Source: Nitrospirales bacterium
Lineage (GTDB): Bacteria; Nitrospirota; Nitrospiria; Nitrospirales; UBA8639
DNA length: 64,000 nucleotides
Assembly: GCA_963422365.1 (NCBI GenBank)
Contig: OY729426.1
Coordinates: 1,632,001 to 1,696,000, forward strand
Direction: 5' to 3'
This document shows, piece after piece, positions 10,400 through 20,600 of this stretch. The position numbers and the translations under genes are program-made. Under the pieces are notes generated by a model. That model was not told where the DNA came from. It ran no database searches and worked only from the letters and a program-made list of their open reading frames with translations. Position 1 is the stretch's first letter. Every line of letters starts with the position of its first letter.

Positions 10400-12181
10400 A
10401 TGTCGTCTGTCCCTATCAATACAAGGGATTCAGAGGTTGAGAAAATAACAGGAGCCTTTTGCCGGTCGTTCTTTTTTGTGATTGAGCAGGGTGAAGATTC
10501 GATGGGATTGAGAAAACACGAAGACTCGACTCGGGAGATCGAGAAACTTCGCGGAGAACTCCAATCCTTGGAGAACGAAATGCGGCATTTGTACGAAACC
10601 CGCATGAAATTGCAGCAATCACAAAAACAAAATGAACGGTTGACGGCCAGCCTCCAAGAAGCCAAAACCCAGATTGAAAGCCTCTGCACGGAGATCGCCA
10701 AACTCACGGCCCCGCCGTCCTCTTACGCGCTCTTCTGTAGTCTGAATGATGATGACAGCGCCAACGTCTACATCTCAGGCAAAAAAATGCGCGTCAGCGT
10801 GCATAGTTCGGTTGCGAGTGCGACCCTACGAAAAGGGCAAGAAGTGATTGTGAATGAAGCCTTGAATATTATCGAAGCGCGTGCCTTTGACCCTCAAGGA
10901 CAAGTGGTGACGTTCAAAGATCAGCTTGATGGGATACGGGTTCTGATTCAATTGCATCATAATGAAGAGCGAATCGTCGAGTTGGGTGAGCCGTTACTCA
11001 ATGAGTCTCTCAGCGTTGGCGACCATCTTCTCTATGATGCCAGGTCGGGATATGTCATTGAGAAAATCCCCAAAGCTGAAATCGAAGAATTGGTGATAGA
11101 AGAAGTGCCGGATGTGCAATATAAAGATGTCGGGGGGGTGACGAAAGAAGTCGAGCAGGTGACGGATGCCGTGGAATTACCCTTTCTGTACCCTGATCTT
11201 TTCAGGGAGCATCGCCTGACCCCGCCAAAGGGCATTCTGTTATATGGTCCTCCAGGGTGTGGAAAGACGATGATCGCGAAGGCCGTGGCGAATTCCATTT
11301 CACGAAAAATGCGACATTTATCCGGCAAAGAAATACGAAGCTACTTCCTACACGTAAAGGGCCCTGAACTGTTGAATAAATATGTAGGCGAATCGGAACG
11401 GTACATCCGGGAAATATTCGCCAAAGCTCGAAACAAGGCGGCAACCGGCAATCCGGTAGTCGTGTTTTTTGACGAGATGGACGCGTTATTCCGTACGCGG
11501 GGATCGGGGATTTCTTCCGATATTGAGTCCACGATCGTTCCGCAGTTTTTGGCGGAACTTGACGGGGTCGAGAAGCTCAAAAATGTGATCGTCATCGGAG
11601 CGAGTAATCGGCAAGATCTGATCGATCCGGCGGTCTTGCGAACGGGGCGGTTGGATGTGAAGGTCAAAATTCCCAGACCGGACAAACACGGTGCTCGCGA
11701 GATTTTTGCCAAATATCTCACCAGCGATCTGCCGTTTGCCAAAGAGGAACTTGATCGGCATGCGCAGGATCGTCATGTGGTTGTGTCGCACCTTCTCGAG
11801 ACGTCGGTAGAGTCGATGTATGCCACGTCAGAAGATAATAAGTTTCTGGAAGTGACGTATGCCAATGGAGAAAAAGAAACTCTCTACTTCAAAGATTTTT
11901 CCAGTGGCGCTCTTATCGAAGGGGTGGTCTCACGAGCGAAAAAAAATGCGGTGAAACGAGCCATTAGCACGGGTGCAAAAGGCTTGAAAGAAGAAGACCT
12001 TTTGTGCGCTATTCGGGACGAATTCAAGGCACATGAAGATCTGCCCAATACCACGAATCCCGATGATTGGGCCCGCATCGCCGGGAAAAAAGGCGAAAAA
12101 ATTATCCATGTTCGCACCCTCACCCCTGGCTCGGAAGCCGCACGCGAAATTGAAACCGTGAGTGCCGGGCATTACTTTTAA
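10400..12181 (+). CDS. arc: Proteasome-associated AAA ATPase ARC/Mpa
   Basis: Coiled coil + OB domains, GPPGCGKT, KGPELLNKYVGE, NTTNPDDWARI, C-terminal GHYF (GQYL-like docking tail); start may be 10502. Confidence 0.95.
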   Translation: MSSVPINTRDSEVEKITGAFCRSFFFVIEQGEDSMGLRKHEDSTREIEKLRGELQSLENEMRHLYETRMKLQQSQKQNERLTASLQEAKTQIESLCTEIAKLTAPPSSYALFCSLNDDDSANVYISGKKMRVSVHSSVASATLRKGQEVIVNEALNIIEARAFDPQGQVVTFKDQLDGIRVLIQLHHNEERIVELGEPLLNESLSVGDHLLYDARSGYVIEKIPKAEIEELVIEEVPDVQYKDVGGVTKEVEQVTDAVELPFLYPDLFREHRLTPPKGILLYGPPGCGKTMIAKAVANSISRKMRHLSGKEIRSYFLHVKGPELLNKYVGESERYIREIFAKARNKAATGNPVVVFFDEMDALFRTRGSGISSDIESTIVPQFLAELDGVEKLKNVIVIGASNRQDLIDPAVLRTGRLDVKVKIPRPDKHGAREIFAKYLTSDLPFAKEELDRHAQDRHVVVSHLLETSVESMYATSEDNKFLEVTYANGEKETLYFKDFSSGALIEGVVSRAKKNAVKRAISTGAKGLKEEDLLCAIRDEFKAHEDLPNTTNPDDWARIAGKKGEKIIHVRTLTPGSEAAREIETVSAGHYF

Positions 12182-12211
12182 TGCTCGTGCTCACGGCTGA
12201 ATGAGGAGCCC

Positions 12212-13687
12212 TTGCAGCGCATTATTGGGACAGAAACCGAATTTGGTGTTGCCTCGCGCCATGTCCACACGTCTGCTCCTGTTGAGGATTCCCTCCAACT
12301 CATCAGTTATTACCCTTCTCTCATGACCCCCCAAGCTCTTTGGGACTACGAGAACGAAAATCCTCTGCGAGATGATCGAGGGTTTGAAGTCGAGGGTGAC
12401 CGTGAACGGCCGGGGCCTGAGGATAATCGTGCGCTCAATAAGTTGTTGACGAACGCCGGTCGACTGTATGTCGATGGAGCGCATCCCGAGTATTCGACGC
12501 CGGAATGTAGTACGGCTCGAGAACTGGTCGCGTATGAACGGGCCGGTGAACTCATCGCCGCCAAATGTTTGGAAGCCATGAATCGTCCGGCAGGGGGAAA
12601 CAGGTACGTGCTGTACAAAAATAACTCTGATGGAAAAGGGAATAGTTACGGGTACCATGAAAATTATTTGATGGCCCGTTCAGTGCCATTCGCCGCGATT
12701 CTTCAGGCGTTGTTGCCATTTTTTGTATCACGTCCCATCTTTGCAGGGTCAGGGAAAGTCGGATCTGAAAATGGGGCCGCGCGCACGAAGTATCAAATCT
12801 CTCAACGCGCGGACTTTTTTGAATGCATCGCGGATCTCAACACCATGGTCAAACGCCCCCTTGTCAATACACGTGATGAGCCTCATGCGGACGGCGCGCG
12901 GTTTCGACGGTTACATGTCATTGTCGGTGACGCCAATATGGCGGAACTGTCCACGTATTTAAAGGTGGGGACCACAGCGATTGTGACGCATATGTTGGAC
13001 GAGGGCGCCGACATCCCCTCATGCGTGTTGGAAAATCCCGTAGAAGCCATCAAGATCGTCTCACGTGACCTCACCATGAAGGCCGATCTGAAATTATCCA
13101 GGGGAGGGGTGACAAATGCACTGGCCATCCAACGCGCCTATCTCCGGGCCGCACATGATTTTTATGCTTGTCGCGAGTTGTCGCCTGCGACAAAGGATAT
13201 TCTGGTGAGGTGGGAAACCGTTCTGAATAAACTCGAGCAGGATCCAAGGCAATTGATTGCGGAACTTGATTGGGTGGCGAAACAACAGATGATCGAGTCG
13301 TACATGGACCGGAAGGGCTGTGGATGGGATGATCCGCGTGTCGCATTGATGGACTTGCAATACCATGATATTCGGCCTGAAAAAGGGCTCTATTATACGC
13401 TTGAACGGAGCCACCGTATTGAGCGGTTGCTGGATGATGAAGCGATTGCCAGCGCAGAGTTTCATGCGCCACGGGGCACTCGAGCCTGTTTCCGCGGGGC
13501 TTGTCTTCAGAAATTTCCTCACCAAATTTATGGGTCCAGTTGGACTTCGGTGCTCTTTGACGTGGGAGATGCCTCCGTCAAACGAGTGCCGTTACTGGAT
13601 CCATGGAGAGGCACTCAGGATTTGACCAATGCGTTGTTGGAGGATGTGGAGACGGCTCAACAACTCCTGGATCGGTTGTCCGCGTAA
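12212..13687 (+). CDS. dop: Depupylase/deamidase Dop
   Basis: GTETEFG, WDYENENPL.D.RG Dop loop, LYVDGAHPEYSTPEC, HVIVGDAN, DLQYHD; TTG start after GAGGAG. Confidence 0.92.
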   Translation: MQRIIGTETEFGVASRHVHTSAPVEDSLQLISYYPSLMTPQALWDYENENPLRDDRGFEVEGDRERPGPEDNRALNKLLTNAGRLYVDGAHPEYSTPECSTARELVAYERAGELIAAKCLEAMNRPAGGNRYVLYKNNSDGKGNSYGYHENYLMARSVPFAAILQALLPFFVSRPIFAGSGKVGSENGAARTKYQISQRADFFECIADLNTMVKRPLVNTRDEPHADGARFRRLHVIVGDANMAELSTYLKVGTTAIVTHMLDEGADIPSCVLENPVEAIKIVSRDLTMKADLKLSRGGVTNALAIQRAYLRAAHDFYACRELSPATKDILVRWETVLNKLEQDPRQLIAELDWVAKQQMIESYMDRKGCGWDDPRVALMDLQYHDIRPEKGLYYTLERSHRIERLLDDEAIASAEFHAPRGTRACFRGACLQKFPHQIYGSSWTSVLFDVGDASVKRVPLLDPWRGTQDLTNALLEDVETAQQLLDRLSA

Positions 13688-13740
13688 AAGAAGGATGGGC
13701 TGAGGAGGAGCGGAACGCCGGTATCGTGATAAGGATGCCT

Positions 13741-14571
13741 ATGGAAGGGATCGGATCAAACAGGTCGGCGAGTCATTACTCAAGTTTTTTTGATTTTATT
13801 GCGCACACCAGGCCGGATCTGACGCCCGCCGCGCGGTGGGGGACAGGGGGACAGGGGTCTGCGGATGAGATGCACCGAACGCTCCTAGCCCAGCTGACGC
13901 ACGGGACGACCGTATTAGCCGTCAAGTATGAGACGGGGGTGGTCATGGCCGGCGATCGACGCGCGACCGAAGGGTATCAAGTCGCGTCGCGTCGAATGGA
14001 GAAGGTGTTTAAAACAGACAGCCATTCCGCCGTGGCCATTGCTGGAGTGGCCGGCCCGTGCGTGGAAATGGCCACGTTGTTTAGCATTGAACTGGAACAT
14101 TATGAAAAACTGGATGGTGTGCCGTTGTCCTGTGAAGGCAAGGCGAATCGGTTAGGGCACATGGTCAAAGCGAACTTGCCGATGGTCATGCAAGGGTTAG
14201 TCGTGATCCCGCTGTTTGTGGGGTTTGACGTGAAACACAACCAGGGCCGGATTTTTAGATACGACGTCACGGGCGGGAAATATGAAGAAACGGAGTATCA
14301 TTCAGTGGGGTCTGGCGGAAAGGATGCCCGTGTGACTGTGAAAGAACGGTTTCGCAAACACCTGTCCGGAGCGGAAGCGATCACCTTGGCCCTGCAAGCG
14401 CTGTTAAGTGCCGCGGAAGAGGACGTAGGAACCGGCGGCCCTGATGTATTCCGCGGCATTTATCCCACCCTCAAACTCGTGGATGCCCAAGGCGTGCGAG
14501 ATGTTGAAGAAGCCGATGTCGCCGCTCAGTGCGAGCAGGTAGCTCGATCGCGCTCGAAACAGGAATCGTAA
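13741..14571 (+). CDS. prcB: 20S proteasome beta subunit
   Basis: Propeptide then HG|TTVLA, AGDRRAT, GSGG, TGGPD; AAGGA RBS before ATG 13741. Confidence 0.95.
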   Translation: MEGIGSNRSASHYSSFFDFIAHTRPDLTPAARWGTGGQGSADEMHRTLLAQLTHGTTVLAVKYETGVVMAGDRRATEGYQVASRRMEKVFKTDSHSAVAIAGVAGPCVEMATLFSIELEHYEKLDGVPLSCEGKANRLGHMVKANLPMVMQGLVVIPLFVGFDVKHNQGRIFRYDVTGGKYEETEYHSVGSGGKDARVTVKERFRKHLSGAEAITLALQALLSAAEEDVGTGGPDVFRGIYPTLKLVDAQGVRDVEEADVAAQCEQVARSRSKQES

Positions 14572-15257
14572 TGTCACTCCCGTTTTACGTATCCCCGGAA
14601 CAATTGATGCAGGATAGAGCCGAGTATGCGAAAAAAGGTATTGCGAAGGGACGATCGATCATGGCCATCGAATATCAGGACGGCGTGTTGTTTGTAGCGG
14701 ACAACCCGAGCCGTTCATTGTGCAAGATTTCGGAAATTTACGATACGATTGCCTTCTCGGGGGCGGGGCAATACAGTGAATTTGAACAGCTGCGCACGGC
14801 CGGCATCCGACACGCCGATTTAAAAGGGTTTCTGTATAGCCGTGAAGACGTCACGGCTCGTGCGTTGGCCAATGCCTATTCGCAAACCCTGGGCACGATT
14901 TTCAGTCAAGACCTGAAACCCTTTGAAGTCGAAATTCTGTTAGCCCAAATCGGGAACGGGTCTCGGGAGACGGAGTTGTATCGCATTGCGTTCGATGGGT
15001 CCATTTGCCACGAACAACAATGTGTGGCCATCGGAGGACGGGCCGAGGCGTTGGTTGCGGCCCGTCGCTCGCAGGGGGGCGGGAGCATGCCGGATCTGCA
15101 AGCCGCCCTGCTTCATGGCATGAAGGCTCTTGACACCGCCACGAATCAGAACGTGTCCCTTGAAGGTCTCGAGGTGGCGGTCCTTGATCGAACGCGTGTC
15201 GGGCGTCGTAAGTTTCGTCGGGTTGCCTTTGAAGAGGCCAGGGCCCTTCTCTCCTAA
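14571..15257 (+). CDS. prcA: 20S proteasome alpha subunit
   Basis: MSLPFYVSPEQLMQDRAEYAKKGIAKGRS, KISEIYD, LEVAVLDR. Confidence 0.95.
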   Translation: MSLPFYVSPEQLMQDRAEYAKKGIAKGRSIMAIEYQDGVLFVADNPSRSLCKISEIYDTIAFSGAGQYSEFEQLRTAGIRHADLKGFLYSREDVTARALANAYSQTLGTIFSQDLKPFEVEILLAQIGNGSRETELYRIAFDGSICHEQQCVAIGGRAEALVAARRSQGGGSMPDLQAALLHGMKALDTATNQNVSLEGLEVAVLDRTRVGRRKFRRVAFEEARALLS

Positions 15258-15335
15258 TCCCTCCTCCTTCTTGTTTGGCTGCGATTCGGTTGAAAGCGGG
15301 ACGCGAAGCAGGATTGACAGCATGAACTCACCCTG

Positions 15336-17591
15336 GAGGTCTTCTTGGGCGAGGATACACTGGTGTAGTGTGTAAAGCCCAAGAAAGGCACCCCCCTAGA
15401 GACCGGCACGTTTCGAGCATTCCCCCCCCTGTGTCAGATCCAGCCCTGCCTGAAAAGCCGTGGCGCCCTGCTCGCTGTCTGCCGACCTCTTGCAGTGGGG
15501 GGGGATGGCCGAGGCCCCTTCCTCCCTACAAGCCCACCGTCCAGGAAAACACGATGCCGTGCTCAGTGGCGCTGTCAAGGGTGGTTTGCTGTATCCCCTC
15601 GAGGCTGAGGGCCATGGCCTCGTGGACCTGGAGGTGGCCGCCCAGCCGATACCGGCTGGTGGCCGGCCCGGTGGCGACGCCCCCGTAGGGCGTGACCCGC
15701 CACCCAGGCCGGCGCAGGGCCAGCCCATAGCCAACGTCCGCCGTCAGCCGGCCCACGGCCCCGCCCGCGGGCGCCCCGTTGCCGGCCGGCCCGGCCTCAC
15801 GGCCCCACAACTGCTCCACGCCACTGGCCGGGGTGCCCCACGTCGGCTCGAACGCCACCCACAGCCCCTGCCCCCCCAGCCCCTCTCCTACTTTCACGGC
15901 GAGACTGCCGCCCCAAGCCTCAAAGTCCGTTGCCTGATGCGCCAGCAGATACCGGCCGCGAGCCGCGAGACTCACCCCCCACCACCTCTGCTGATACTCG
16001 ACCCCGCCGCTGAGCTCTGCTCCCATCCCCGTCTCGGCGTCGCCGTTGTCCCAGCGCCCCCCCAGCTCCACACTGGGCTGCAGGGCCGACTCTGGTGACA
16101 GGGCGACGTCCGTCTTCATCGCCAGCGCCACCCGCGCCCGGTGCGCCACCCCGGTCACCGCCGCCAGCCCCGCGGCTTCGTCCGCTTTCACCCGCACGGC
16201 AAACGCATCGGATTTTACCGCCACCTCGATCCCGTGCCACGTGGTCAGCGCCTGCCGCCCGCCTACCGCGGCCAGCAGCAACTGAACGTCCGTCTCCACG
16301 CGCCCGGCGGCGTCTTGCACCTCCAGCTCCCCTACGCCCGCGCCCGCGAGGCCCCACAGCCCAAGCCCCGGAGACGGCGTGTAGTGGACATAGGGCAGCA
16401 CGCTGGTCATGGCTAGGTCTACCTCGCCCCGGATGCCCCCTCGCTCGCCGCTGACCAGGAGAAAGTCCCCCGCGACCTCGTAGTCCAGGCCCCCCACGCT
16501 GTGCGACACCGCGACGCCCGCTAGCCCCTTCTGCCCGAACCGGTAGTCCAGTCCTACGTAGCCCGTGTAGACCGCCCCGTCGGTCTCCAGGAGCTGACTG
16601 GAAAAGCCGCTGGCTGCCCCCGTGCCCCAGAAGGTCCAGCCCGTTGTCAATTCACCCTCGTTCGTCCCGGTCAACGGCACGGCAAACTCGCTGCGCGCAA
16701 ACACGTCCGTGGCCGCAAGCCGCGGGGACCGGCTCGGGGCCACCCGGCCCTCGGCCGCTCGGCCTCGGCCGGCCGAGTCCCGGCTCGCTCCCGTCAGGCC
16801 CAGCACCCCGCCCAACACCCCCGCTACGGACCGGACGTCCAGGGCGGGGACTGCCGTGCCCCCCACCGTGACCGCCGGCTTCCCAACCGGCGGCGCCCCA
16901 AACCGGCGCCCGATCACGGCCACCGCCTCGGTGGCGGCTGTCCGCCCGAACGCCGCGAGGGCCACCGTGAGCGCCCGGGAACGGTGCGTCACCTCAGCAG
17001 CCTGCACCGTCACCCTGAAGTGCAACTGCCCCGTCTGGCCATCGGCGTCCGTGGCCGTGTCGGTGAACCGCGTCTTCGCCACCGCCTCCGTGGGCGTGCC
17101 GGTGATGGTGCGCGCCTTTGCCTCAAAACTGAGCCCCGCCGGGAGAGCCGGACTCAGCCGGTAGGTGATCGGCCCGTCTCCCCCCGTGGCTGCCGGCAGC
17201 CGCACGTCAACGGCCTCGCCAACCGTCCAGTTGTACTCCTCAATCGAGGCTGCCCCGAAACCCGGCAGGGGCGACCCCACGACAAACACCGAAAAGCTGC
17301 CTGTTTCGCCGCAGACATACCCGCGGGGCGCCGCTGCCGGCGACAGTTTCTCCCACGTCTGGGCCTTATCGGCAAGATGATACACAAACAGCGTCCCCGA
17401 CAGCCCGGCGGGCTGCTGCAGACAGACCGTGGCCGCTGAGGCGAGCGGCGCGTCCAGCCGGATCTCCAGGGAGGCCGGCTCGGCCCCAAAGGTCACCCCG
17501 GCCGGCGCCGCCGGCCGGGCGCGGGGCACCGCAAACGCCACCTTGGTCACCCCGTGCCCGGCCGGCAGCGTCAACTGCACCCCCGCCCCGT
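15336..17591 (-). repeat. Copy 1 of ~2.26-kb near-identical inverted repeat (adhesin C-terminus + downstream flank)
   Basis: Reverse complement aligns by eye with 37868-40123, with scattered substitutions and a few divergent patches. Confidence 0.95.
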
Positions 17592-17661
17592 TGATCACCT
17601 CTGCGGTGATTTTGTTGCCCTCTATCTTGGTAGTGTGCGGGACCACACCGGTGATTTTAAC

Positions 17662-20600
17662 GGATAACGCGACACTCGAAGTCGCAGCAGAGGTGAGAGA
17701 TTCCGCCGTGCTGCTGGCATCGGTCCAACTCACGGTGACGGTGATGGCCGCCCCGACATCGGCCTGCGTCAGAATGTAGGTTCCACTGGTGGCGCCTACG
17801 ATGGCAGTGCCATCGCGTTTCCATTGGTAGCTGAACGTCGGACTGCTCGGCCCGTCCGGGTCGACGATCGTGCTGGTCACCGCGGTCAGTGTCTCTCCCT
17901 GGGTCACCGTGCCGGTGAGGGTAACGGCCCCGGTCGGCGGGTCGTTGACGTTCGCCACGTTCGACGTTGCAGCAGAGGTGAGGGTCTCCACGGTGCTGCC
18001 ACTGTCGGTCCAGCTCACGGTGACGGTGATCGGAGCCCCGACGTCGGCCTGCGTCAGGGTGTACGTCGCCTGGGTGGCGCTGCTGATGGCAGACCCATCG
18101 CGCGTCCACTGGTAGGTGAACGTCAGACTGTCAGGGCCGTCCGGGTCGGAGATCGTGCTGGTGTCTGCGGTCAGTGTCTCTCCCTGGGTCACCGTCCCCG
18201 TGATGGTGACGGCCCCGGTCGGCGAGTCGTTGGTGTTCGCCACGTTCGCTGTCGCAGCAGAGGTGAGGGTCTCCACGGTGCTGCCGGCATCGGTCCAGCT
18301 CACGGTGACAGTGATGGCCTTCCCGACGTCGGCCTGCGTCAGGGTGTAGGTGCGGCCGGTGGCGCTGCTGATGTCCGCCCCGCCGCGTTTCCATTGGTAG
18401 GTGAAGGTTAGACTGCTCGGGCCGTCCGGGTCGGAGATACCGGAGGTCTCTGCGGTCAGTGTCTCTCCCTGGGTCACCATCCCGGTGATGGTGACGGCCC
18501 CGGTCGGTGCGTCGTTGGTGTTCGCCACGTTCGCTGTCGCAGCAGAGGTGAGGGTCTCCATGGTGCTGCCACTGTCGGTCCAGCTCACGGTGACGGTGAT
18601 CTTGGCCCCGACGTCGGCCTGCGTCAGGGTGTAGGTGCGGCCGGTGGCGCTGCTGATGGCAGACCCGCCCCGCTTCCACTGGTAGGTGAACGTCAGACGG
18701 CTCGGGCCGTCCGGGTCGGAGATCGTGCTGGTGTCTGCGGTCAGTGTCTCTCCCTGGGTCACCATCCCGGTGATGGTGACGGCCCCGGTCGGTGCGTCGT
18801 TGAAGTTCGCTACGTTCGACGTTGCAGCAGAGGTGAGCGACTCCACGGTGCTGCCGGCATCGGTCCAGCTCACGGTGACAGTGATGGCCTTCCCGACGTC
18901 GGCTTGCGTCAGAACGTAGGTCGCCTGGGTGGCGCTGCTGATGGCAGACCCATCGCGCGTCCACTGGTAGGTGAACGTTAGACTGCTCGGGCCGTCCGGG
19001 TCGGAGATGCCGGAGGTGTCTGCGGTCAGTGTCTGGCCCTGGGTGGCCGTGCCGGTGATGGTGACAGCCCCGGTCGGCGAGTCGTTGGTGTTCGCCACGT
19101 TCGCTGTCGCAGCAGAGGTGAGCGACTCCACAGTGCTGCCGGCATCGGTCCAAGTCACGGTAACGGTGATGGCCGCCCCGATATCGGCCTGCGTCAGGGT
19201 GTAGGTGCGGCCGGTGGCGCTGCTGATGGGATTCCCGCCGCGCGTCCACTGGTAGGTGAACGTCAGACGGCTCGGGCCGTCCGGGTCGGAGATGCCGGAG
19301 GTGTCTGCGGTCAGTGTCTGGCCCTGGGTCGCCGTCCCCGTGATGGTGACAGCCCCGGTCGGCGAGTCGTTGGTGTTCGCCACGTTCGCTGTCGCAGCAG
19401 AGGTGAGCGACTCCACAGTGCTGCCGGCATCGGTCCAAGTCACGGTGACGGTGATGGCCGCCCCGACGTCGGCTTGCGTCAGCACGTAGGTGCGGCCGGT
19501 GGCGCTGCTGATGTCCGCCGCGCCGCGTTTCCATTGGTAGGTGAACGTCAGACTGCTGGGGCCGTCGGGGTCGGAGATCGTGCTGGTATCCGCGGTCAGT
19601 GTCTGGCCCTGGGTCACCGTGCCGGTGATGGTAACGGCCCCGGTCGGCGAGTCGTTCAAGTTCGCCACGTTCGATGTTGCAGCAGAGGTGAGGGTCTCCA
19701 CGGTGCTGCCGGCATCGGTCCAAGTCACGGTGACGGTGATGGCCTTCCCGACGTCGGCCTGCGTCAGCACGTAGGTGCGGCCGGTGGCGCTGCTGATGGG
19801 ATTCCCGCCGCGCGTCCATTGGTAGGTGAAGGCCAGACGGCTCGGGCCGTCCGGGTCGGAGATCGTGCTGGTGTCTGCGGTCAGTGTCTGGCCCTGGGTC
19901 ACCGTGCCGGTGATGGTGACGGCCCCGGTCGGCGGGTCATTCACGTTCGCTACGTTCGCTGTCACCGCCGAGGTGAGGGTCTCCACGGTGCTGCCGGCAT
20001 CGGTCCAAGTCACGGTGACGGTGATCGGAGCCCCGACATCGGCCTGCGTCAGGGTGTAGGTGCGGCCGGTGGCGCTGCTGATGGGATTCCCGCCGCGCGT
20101 CCACTGGTAGGTGAACACCAAATTACTGGGGCCGTCCGGGTCGGAGATCGTGCTGGTCACTGCGGTCAGTGTCTGGCCCTGGGTCACCGTCCCGGTGATA
20201 GTGACGGCCCCGGTCGGCGAGTCGTTCAAGTTCGCCACGTTCGACGTTGCAGCCGAGGTGAGGGTCTCCACGGTGCTGCCGGCATCGGTCCAAGTCACGG
20301 TGACGGTGATCGGAGCCCCGACGTCGGCCTGCGTCAGAACGTAGGTCGCCTGGGTGGCGCTGCTGATGGCAGACCCATCGCGCGTCCACTGGTAGGTGAA
20401 CGTCAGACGGCTGGGGCCGTCCGGGTCGGAGATACCGGAGGTGTCTGCGGTCAGTGTCTGGCCCTGGGTCACCGTCCCGGTGATAGTGACGGCCCCGGTC
20501 GGTGCGTCGTTGAGGTTCGCTACGTTCGCCGTCGCAGTCGAGGTGAGGGTCTCCACGGTGCTGCCGGCATCGGTCCAAGTCACGGTGACGGTGATGGCCG

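Noticed and set aside
15320..15345. 23/26 match to 30271-30296 inside the M23 gene (HELTLEV)
   Set aside because: Short and isolated with no extension on either side; cannot be distinguished from chance by eye.
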